Shown here piece by piece: positions 18,475 through 25,758 of a stretch of 64,000 bases of DNA; the first letter of the stretch is position 1, and the number at the start of each line of letters is the position of its first letter. The translations under genes were made by a program, and so were the position numbers. The stretch comes from an uncultured Acidobacteriota bacterium (GTDB lineage Bacteria > Acidobacteriota > Vicinamibacteria > Vicinamibacterales > UBA8438): the NCBI GenBank assembly GCA_913043225.1, contig CAJWLU010000007.1:32001-96000 (forward strand), in the 5' to 3' direction. The notes beneath the pieces are model-generated. The model had not been told where the DNA came from. It saw only the letters and a program-made list of their open reading frames with translations, and ran no database searches.

Positions 18475-18650
18475 AGGCTGCTACCGGCGGCCACCGACTT
18501 GAGCGAGATGTTCACCACCGCCGCTCCACCCGCTTCCACCACATAGGAGATCGTCAATCCCGGCGGCTGCATCATCATCGTCAGGTCGTCGACGGGTAGC
18601 CATGAGCCACAACCGAGCAGCCAGCGCCAACCGTCGTACACTCCGATCAT
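18471..18650 (-). CDS. Possible 59-aa small protein (not in the ORF track)
   Basis: MIGVYDGWRWLLGCGSWLPVDDLTMMMQPPGLTISYVVEAGGAAVVNISLKSVAAGSSL; TGA overlaps the GTG of the next gene (GTGA); purine-rich upstream. Confidence 0.35.
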   Translation of the reverse strand: MIGVYDGWRWLLGCGSWLPVDDLTMMMQPPGLTISYVVEAGGAAVVNISLKSVAAGSSL

Positions 18651-18838
18651 CTGCCCCTGTTCCCGCGTTCCTGCACCCAGATGGAACCGAACGGAACCGG
18701 ATTATACCGTCTACGATACTAAGCATATCGGTCTCACCGGACGAACGAGGCCATACGACGGGACGCCTCGTTGAGCGCCTCCACGCTGCCGCAGAAGGCG
18801 CACCGGAGATAGCGGTCGTCATCGCGCTCGATGCGTCG

Positions 18839-20233
18839 TCACCACTGCTCGAGCGCAGCGGCGATCTCCCGGCGGGCCGCAGACGGACGGCCTGGGTGAT
18901 GGTTCACGAAGTAGCAGAAGACCACCGGGGCGGTCGAGTCCTGGCGAAGCACGCCGGCCAGGCCAACCGTGTGTTGCAGCGTACCCGTCTTGGCGGAAAG
19001 AGGTGGTAGCGCCGGCCAGCTCTCCAGCGTGCCCTGACCGGGCGTGGCGAGCGCCTCGAACAAGGTGCCCCCCCATGGCTGGCGTAGGGCGTAGGCCAGC
19101 ACTGTCACGACTGCCCGGGGAGTGATGAGGTTTCCCGCCGACAACCCTGACCCGTCCTCAAGCGACCAGGCGGCGTCTGAACCCACAGTTCGCTCCAGAA
19201 AATCCGTAATCACCGCAACTCCGTCATCGAACCGACCCGTCCGCGCCACCTCCCATCCGAGCGTGAGCACGAGCATGTCAGCGGTCCAGTTGTGACTGTC
19301 GGCCAGCACCCGGTCCAGAACCTCGGACAGAGGCGACGACCGAAACTCGGCCAGCACGCGGCGGTTCGTATCTCCCAATTCCGGCTCAAGCCGCACGGTC
19401 CCGGCCAATTCGACCCCGTCTTCGGCAAGCATCTCGGCGACGCGACGGGCGGCTCGAGAAACCGGTGCGGGATCGCTCACGGCGATCCGGAACGCCGACT
19501 CACTGACGGGAAACTCTCCCTGAAGCAGGAGCGTATCGGTGCCCCACAGCGGCACCAGGTCGAGGGTGCCCTCGCCGTGCCGGTTCTGCCCTACCGTCCG
19601 CGCCAAGTTAATGACGTCGAGGTCGACCGGCGCCGTCACTCGCACAGGACCGCCAATTTCAGCACCGGCGGCCACCTGGATCCTGACCGTGGCATCGTCC
19701 AGGGCCAGCGGAGCCGGCGGAGTGCCAAAGCGATAGGGCAGGTCGGAGAAGTCGCGATCAGTCGGATGCCGCCGTCCAGGAAAGCGACCCGTATCGACGA
19801 CCAGATCACCTTGGATCCGACGCACGCCACCCGACTGTATCTGGGCTATGAGCGCCCGCACTGCGACATGTCCGTCAGGTTCGGTAAGCTCGTCGTTCCA
19901 GGTGGGATCGGCGCCTGGCACCAAGACCAGATCGCCCTGGACGACTCCGTTCAACACATCAGCCGACGTCTCCAACGTAGTCGACCACCGGTACTCGGGC
20001 CCCAGCAGATCGAGAACCGCGGACACGGTGATCACCTTGAGCACCGACGCCGGAGTCAGCAACCGGTCGTCGTTCTCGCTCATCACGACCTCCAGCCCAC
20101 CATCGTCGGCGACAGTGGCAGCTAGGTAGCCGGCATAGGCGCCACCGGATCGCTGCGCTTCGGCATGGGGCACGTTCAGCCCCGCTGAGACAATAACCAG
20201 CACGACGAGCGAGGTCGTAATAGTTCGCGGCAT
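18839..20233 (-). CDS. dacB: D-alanyl-D-alanine carboxypeptidase/endopeptidase (peptidase S13, PBP4)
   Basis: PASVLK (SxxK), DSHN (SxN), DGSGLS, AKTGTL; signal peptide. Confidence 0.92.
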   Translation of the reverse strand: MPRTITTSLVVLVIVSAGLNVPHAEAQRSGGAYAGYLAATVADDGGLEVVMSENDDRLLTPASVLKVITVSAVLDLLGPEYRWSTTLETSADVLNGVVQGDLVLVPGADPTWNDELTEPDGHVAVRALIAQIQSGGVRRIQGDLVVDTGRFPGRRHPTDRDFSDLPYRFGTPPAPLALDDATVRIQVAAGAEIGGPVRVTAPVDLDVINLARTVGQNRHGEGTLDLVPLWGTDTLLLQGEFPVSESAFRIAVSDPAPVSRAARRVAEMLAEDGVELAGTVRLEPELGDTNRRVLAEFRSSPLSEVLDRVLADSHNWTADMLVLTLGWEVARTGRFDDGVAVITDFLERTVGSDAAWSLEDGSGLSAGNLITPRAVVTVLAYALRQPWGGTLFEALATPGQGTLESWPALPPLSAKTGTLQHTVGLAGVLRQDSTAPVVFCYFVNHHPGRPSAARREIAAALEQW

Positions 20234-20342
20234 CGACGTTCTCAATCTTGGTCGGCGTGCGGTCGCCGGTCAACCGCTACAGCGCTGCCCGGCTGACGGG
20301 AGACCTTGACTCGCCGACGAGCCACTGCGATTCTTGACGGCA

Positions 20343-22172
20343 ATGCGCTCTCCTCTGCTGTTGTTCGGACTGGCAACCATATACCTCACGGCGGCAACCG
20401 GTGTGGCCGCCGCGCAGCCAGTTAAGGAGAGTCTCCCTCCGGTGGCGCTCACTCCAACGGAATACAACAACACGGTCGCGGACCTGCTCGGTTTCCCACA
20501 AGACGGCACCGCTTGGCCTGACCGTCCGCCTCTTGCAGATCGGATCAGCCCCAGACGTGCCGCGAGCAAGGGCGTCTTCCTTCCCCCGCCGCCGCCACCA
20601 TCGTGGCCATGGCGCTTCCCCGAAGAACCAGGCTCAGAAGGCTTCGAAGGCATTGTGCAGGGACAGAGCCCCTCGTCCTATCAGGTGGAAGAACTCCACC
20701 TGGCGGGCATGCACTTCGGTGCGTTTGCACTGCTCTCACCGACCTTTCTGACGTGTGACGGCTGGAATGCTCTTTCGACGGACGAGCAACATGCCTGCGC
20801 CTGGGACAGCCTCGAGCGGCTCGCGCCTCGCGTCTACCGCCGTCCATTGACGGAGCAGGAAGCCGGCCGTCTACACACCTTCTGGCTAGAGAACGCTGCT
20901 GCGTACCCGTCCGACGAGGCCGTGGCCATTACCGTAGCTGGTCTCCTTCAAGCGCCGGCATTTCACTTCCGTCTCGACCCGTCGGCGGACCCGTCGTCAG
21001 CTGCGCTGACCAACTGGGAGCTGGCTTCTCGACTGTCCTACTTTCTGTGGGACTCGATGCCCGATGACGCACTGTTTACCGCCGCCAAGTCCGGAACCCT
21101 GTTCGATCCGATTGAGATCAAGCGGCACGCACGCCGGATGCTCAACAACCCTAGGGCGCGGTCTGCGGTGGTCCGCTTCCATCATCAGTGGCTCGGCACC
21201 GAAAATGTCCTGCTGGTAGCGCCGGCGCGACGCGCATTCGGACCGCTGTTCGGTTTAACGCCGGAGTTGAAGATCGCGCGCGACGACGACGTACAGTGGC
21301 CAGCGGTCATGGGTCCGGTCCGTCACTCAATGAAGCTCGAAACCGAGCTGTTCGTCGAGCAAGCTATCTTCGAAGGCGACGGCACGTTCACGGCATTGCT
21401 GACCGACAGCCAAGGCTACATGTCGGACGCGACCAAACCGATCTACGGAGAGTCGGCAGTCCCTGTTGCCGACAGCACCCCAATCACGAAACAGATCGAG
21501 ATCGTGGTGGCCTCGATCGGACAAACCAAGCCGCTAACGCTCTACCCCACCCGGTTCCCTGGCACCGAGCGGGCTGGCATTCTGACACTGCCATCAGTCC
21601 TAGCGCTCGGCGCCTATGCGGTGCAACCTGGTCCTATCCTTCGCGGAAAGCGAGTGCTCGAGCGGGTAGCCTGCATGCATCTCGGCACCCCGATCCAGGG
21701 CGCGGAGTCAGCACTTCCTCCGGACACGCTGACCGCCGAGAGCACGAACCGCGAGCGGACGGCCACGGCAACCAGTTCGGCTACCTGCACGACGTGCCAC
21801 CGGTTGATCAATCCGCCCGGGTTCGCGTTCGAACACTACGACGCCATCGGGAAGTGGCGAGACACCGACAACGGCCAGCCGGTTGACGCCAGTGGCGCAC
21901 TGACCCTTGCCGGAGGCGAACAGATCTCGTTCACCAACGGCATCGACTTTGTGCACCAGCTAGCCGAAAGCGACCGCGCGCGCGATTGCTACGCCATGCA
22001 CTGGACACGTTACGCCCTCGGCACCCAGCTCGACGCCAGCGAACCGGGTCTGGCGCCGCTGCAGGAGCAGTTCCGAGACGACGACTCGATCCGCGAGCTG
22101 CTGGTCTCGATCGCCGGCAGCGACCTATTCCGGACCCGACCACTGCTTGACACTTCTGGAGACCACCGATGA
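20343..22172 (+). CDS. DUF1592/DUF1588 (PSD-domain) exported protein with CxxCH
   Basis: LTPTEYNNTVADL, WELASRLSYFLWDSMPD, RAGILT, CTTCHRLINPPGFAFEHYDAIG. Confidence 0.9.
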   Translation: MRSPLLLFGLATIYLTAATGVAAAQPVKESLPPVALTPTEYNNTVADLLGFPQDGTAWPDRPPLADRISPRRAASKGVFLPPPPPPSWPWRFPEEPGSEGFEGIVQGQSPSSYQVEELHLAGMHFGAFALLSPTFLTCDGWNALSTDEQHACAWDSLERLAPRVYRRPLTEQEAGRLHTFWLENAAAYPSDEAVAITVAGLLQAPAFHFRLDPSADPSSAALTNWELASRLSYFLWDSMPDDALFTAAKSGTLFDPIEIKRHARRMLNNPRARSAVVRFHHQWLGTENVLLVAPARRAFGPLFGLTPELKIARDDDVQWPAVMGPVRHSMKLETELFVEQAIFEGDGTFTALLTDSQGYMSDATKPIYGESAVPVADSTPITKQIEIVVASIGQTKPLTLYPTRFPGTERAGILTLPSVLALGAYAVQPGPILRGKRVLERVACMHLGTPIQGAESALPPDTLTAESTNRERTATATSSATCTTCHRLINPPGFAFEHYDAIGKWRDTDNGQPVDASGALTLAGGEQISFTNGIDFVHQLAESDRARDCYAMHWTRYALGTQLDASEPGLAPLQEQFRDDDSIRELLVSIAGSDLFRTRPLLDTSGDHR

Positions 22173-23572
22173 TCGTCCCGCGACGACGCCTGCTGCAGCT
22201 GGCCGGCCTAACCGCGCTCGGAGCCAGCCTGCCCCGGACCGCTCTCCAGGCCTTCATGCAGACCGGCGAGGCACCACGACGACTAATCGTAGTGAGCCAC
22301 TGTCATGGCTGGCCCTACGCTACGTGGCGGCTGCGCCCCGAGGGACTCGCCGAGCACGAACCGTGGTCGGTCGAGCTCGCGTCGATGAGCCAGGAGGAAT
22401 TCAGCCAGCCGCTGGCCCCACTCTACGAGCATCGGCAACGAATGCTGGCGCTCGATGGTCTGTCGTTGGCCACCGCCGAGTTGGACGCCGGCGGGAACCG
22501 GCACGACCGCGGCTGGGTGCATGCCTGGACAGGGAACAACGCGAACTTCTCCGCGCGCGACACGCGCTCGACGTCGACCTCGATCGATCAGCTGGTCGCT
22601 GAGCATATTGCGCGCGCCGACCGGCTGCCGTCGCTGGAGCTGTCAGTGGATGCCGCGCTCGAAGCGGGCCGGCCGATTTCCTACAGCCCGCACGGCGTGC
22701 GTCTCCCATCCGAGAACACGCCGCTCGCAGCATGGGAACGTGTCTTCGGACCAGCCTCGTCGGGCGACGCGGTCGGTACCCGGAGACGCGCCACCCTCGA
22801 CTTCGCACAGGCCGAATACAAGGAGCTGGCCTCGAATCTCGATACGAGTGGGCGTAACCGCCTCGACTCGCACTTCAACCTGGTCGAACGTCTCGGACAC
22901 CGACTCGAGGGGCTGGCTACGCTGTCGTGCGACGCGCCGAACAGGCCGGCCGCGACGTTCGCGCAGTACGATCAGCGCTTCGATGCGTTCACCGACATCA
23001 TCGGCGCCGCCTTCGGGTGCGACATCACCCGAGTGGTGGCGCTGTCACTGGGCGAGATGCCGACCGCCGAGTTTGGCGCCGACCACATCAGCGACAAGGT
23101 GCACAAGGGCATCGCCCACTACATCTACGACGACGAGACGAAGTACGCCGCGATGACCGACTATGCCGCACACCACGCGCGGCAGGTGGCCCGGCTGGTC
23201 TCGACCCTCGAGAACGTGCCGGACGTCGACGGCCGTTCGGTGATGGACAACACGTTGATCGTGTGGGGGTCTGAGCTGGGCGACGGGTGGCACGGCTACC
23301 GCCACTACAACCCGGTAATCATCGGCGGATCGTGGGCGTTCAACACCGGGCGTTATCTCTACTGGCCACATGACACGCCAGCCGAGATGCGGGTACCGGT
23401 GCAGGTCCTGGCCGAAGGGGTCAGCCGGGTGTCCGGCCTCCCCCACCAGAAGCTGCTAGTCAGCGTCGCCCAGGCGATGGGACTCGGCGTCGACCACGTC
23501 GGCCTGACCCACGTCCGCGGGCAACGCGGCGACTACATCGACCTGACGGGACCACTCGACCGGCTCGCGTAG
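22169..23572 (+). CDS. DUF1552 family protein with Tat-like signal
   Basis: PRRRLL, SIDQLVA, AFGCDITRVVAL, MDNTLIVWGSE; ATGA overlap with the DUF1592 gene. Confidence 0.9.
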   Translation: MIVPRRRLLQLAGLTALGASLPRTALQAFMQTGEAPRRLIVVSHCHGWPYATWRLRPEGLAEHEPWSVELASMSQEEFSQPLAPLYEHRQRMLALDGLSLATAELDAGGNRHDRGWVHAWTGNNANFSARDTRSTSTSIDQLVAEHIARADRLPSLELSVDAALEAGRPISYSPHGVRLPSENTPLAAWERVFGPASSGDAVGTRRRATLDFAQAEYKELASNLDTSGRNRLDSHFNLVERLGHRLEGLATLSCDAPNRPAATFAQYDQRFDAFTDIIGAAFGCDITRVVALSLGEMPTAEFGADHISDKVHKGIAHYIYDDETKYAAMTDYAAHHARQVARLVSTLENVPDVDGRSVMDNTLIVWGSELGDGWHGYRHYNPVIIGGSWAFNTGRYLYWPHDTPAEMRVPVQVLAEGVSRVSGLPHQKLLVSVAQAMGLGVDHVGLTHVRGQRGDYIDLTGPLDRLA

Positions 23573-23607
23573 CCCCCAAGCGGCCTTCGTGCCGCCAGCG
23601 ACCGTGT

Positions 23608-23799
23608 ATCAATGGCAAGCGTGATCTTCTACTGAACGATACGGTGCGCGTGCACCGGAAGCTCCGACGGGCCGGGATCTAAGCGGAGCTACACGTCTGG
23701 AAAGCGCAGGCCCACGGGCACTACATCCGAGAATCGCCCGAACGCACCGAGGCATTCGAGGAACTGGCGGCGTTCTTCGACAAGCACCTATCGCGTTAG
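23608..23799 (+). pseudogene. 3' remnant of an alpha/beta hydrolase (HSL-like esterase)
   Basis: INGKRDLLLNDTVRVHRKLRRAGI*AELHVWKAQAHGHY...EAFEELAAFFDKHLSR*; internal TAA at 23680-23682; 5' part absent. Confidence 0.78.
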
Positions 23800-24575
23800 G
23801 AGCGAACCAGGCCTGGCAGGTCGGTGATGGTGTTCACCACCGCATCGGCCGAGAAACCGAGTTCTTCGGGCGGCTCGGCGGCCGAGCGCTGGATCCAAAT
23901 GGTGGTCAGCCCCGCCGAAGCGGCGCCGTTGATGTCCCACGAATTGGACGAAACGAATCCGAGCTGTCCACGGCCCACCTCCAGGCGCTCCAGTCCAAGC
24001 TGATACACCCGCGGACTGACCTTGAAGACCTTCACCTCCTCGACACTGATGATGTCGTCGAGCAGGGTGTCGATACCCGCGCTCTCGGCTGCGGCCTGCA
24101 GCATGCGCGGTGCGCCGTTCGAGAGAATGGCCAGCTTCAGCCCTTGGCGCCGCAACTCCTCGAGCCCCGGCCGGACGTCGGGAAAAACCTCGAGCATCAG
24201 GTAGGCCTCCATCAGCCGCTCCCTGCGTGCGGTGGTCAGGTCGAGACCGAGACTCTTCGCCCCGTAGACCAGCCCGTCCTTAGTGACCTCCCAGAAGTCC
24301 TTGTGACGCCCCATCAGGCTGCGCAGCAGGCTGTATTGCAGTTGCTTGACGCGCCAGATCTGGGCCAGCGCTGATCCGTTGCCCGGAAAAAGCTCTTCGC
24401 ACAACGCGGTCACCGAAAACACGTCGAATAAGGTGCCGTAGGCATCGAACGCGAACGCCTCGACGTTATCGAATCGGCTAGTGGACTGCGCCGCCCGACC
24501 CACAGTCGCCGCGGCCGCGGCCCCGGTTACCGCTGCACTAGCGGTCTTCACGAACTGTCTGCGATTCGTTGACAT
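23796..24575 (-). CDS. Haloacid dehalogenase type II with twin-arginine signal
   Basis: NRRQFVK Tat motif; FDAYGTL, WRVKQL, LSNG, FKVSPRVY, VSSNSWD. Confidence 0.9.
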   Translation of the reverse strand: MSTNRRQFVKTASAAVTGAAAAATVGRAAQSTSRFDNVEAFAFDAYGTLFDVFSVTALCEELFPGNGSALAQIWRVKQLQYSLLRSLMGRHKDFWEVTKDGLVYGAKSLGLDLTTARRERLMEAYLMLEVFPDVRPGLEELRRQGLKLAILSNGAPRMLQAAAESAGIDTLLDDIISVEEVKVFKVSPRVYQLGLERLEVGRGQLGFVSSNSWDINGAASAGLTTIWIQRSAAEPPEELGFSADAVVNTITDLPGLVRS

Positions 24576-24673
24576 CGTTACTCTCAAGGGGCGGTGTTCC
24601 AGGATTATGTCGACTGTTGAACTGCGCTAGAATGCCGACACTTCAGACTTCGAGATACTCCCAGGAGGGTGTG

Positions 24674-25681
24674 ATGTTCGAGCGATCGATCGGCATGGTG
24701 GCAACCCTGGCGCTCGGCGCGTTGTTGGCGCCCGTGCTGGCCAGCGCGCAGTCGACCCCGCGCACCAAGTGGGGTGATCCGGACTTGCGCGGCGTCTGGA
24801 ACAACGGCACCCTGACCCCCTTCCAGCGGCCAGAAGCCCTGGGAACCCAGGAGTACATCACCGAAGAAGAGGCGGCGACCGCCGCACAGCGCCGAGCCAG
24901 CATCGACGCCGAACTCTCCGCGCGCGGTGCGCTGCGGACCGAGGTAGGCGGCAACGTTGATCGCGGGGTGGACGGGGCACCCGGGTCCTACAACAACTTC
25001 TGGATGGAGCGGGGCACCGCGGTGGTTGCCGACCGACGGACTTCGGTGATCACTGATCCTCCGAACGGTCGGCTTCCCAATGTCACCTCCGATGTCCGAC
25101 GCTGGATGGAGTCTGACGAGGCTCGCTATCTGGCCGATGTGCGAGGCGGTCGGCAGCCCACCGCCCACTACAACCAACTCGATCTTGGCGACCGCTGCAT
25201 CTGGTATCGCGGCGTTCCGTCGTTCCCGACCGCGTACAACAACAATTACCAGATCTTCCAGACACCGGACTGGATCGCCATCGTCCAGGAGCACATCCAC
25301 GATACCCGGTTCATCCCACTCGACGGACGACCCAGCATTCCCGAATCGATCCGGCAATATGCTGGCGACTCGCGCGGCCGGTGGGAGGGCGACACCCTAG
25401 TGGTGGAGACCACCCAGTTCAACGAGCATGCGTTCATCCGCAACTTCTCGCCGAAACTGAGTCAGGAGTTGCATGTGGTCGAACGGTTCACCCCGCGTGA
25501 TCACGGCGTGCTCGGCTACGAGTTCACCGTAACCGATCCGAAGACCTGGACGCGCCCCTGGAGCGGCTCCCTGCCAATGACCGTGAGCAGCGGCCCGATG
25601 TTCGAGTACGCCTGCCACGAAGGCAACTACGGCATGACCAACATGCTGGCCGGCTCGCGTGTCGAGGAAGCAGGGCAGTAA
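24674..25681 (+). CDS. Secreted hypothetical protein, EYACHEGN family (paralog 3)
   Basis: AGGAGG SD; PDLRGVW, DRCI, YNNNYQI, GDSRGRWEGDTLVVET, FEYACHEGN. Confidence 0.85.
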   Translation: MFERSIGMVATLALGALLAPVLASAQSTPRTKWGDPDLRGVWNNGTLTPFQRPEALGTQEYITEEEAATAAQRRASIDAELSARGALRTEVGGNVDRGVDGAPGSYNNFWMERGTAVVADRRTSVITDPPNGRLPNVTSDVRRWMESDEARYLADVRGGRQPTAHYNQLDLGDRCIWYRGVPSFPTAYNNNYQIFQTPDWIAIVQEHIHDTRFIPLDGRPSIPESIRQYAGDSRGRWEGDTLVVETTQFNEHAFIRNFSPKLSQELHVVERFTPRDHGVLGYEFTVTDPKTWTRPWSGSLPMTVSSGPMFEYACHEGNYGMTNMLAGSRVEEAGQ

Positions 25682-25758
25682 CCGCCTGCTAAAATAGCGC
25701 GTTTGCCGGCCTGATTATCGGGGCTGTCTGGGGCCACGCTTACCCTCCGATACCGTTC

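Noticed and set aside
23680..23682. In-frame stop as a recoding site
   Set aside because: It is TAA, not TGA/TAG, and the gene is also 5'-truncated, so decay is the simpler explanation
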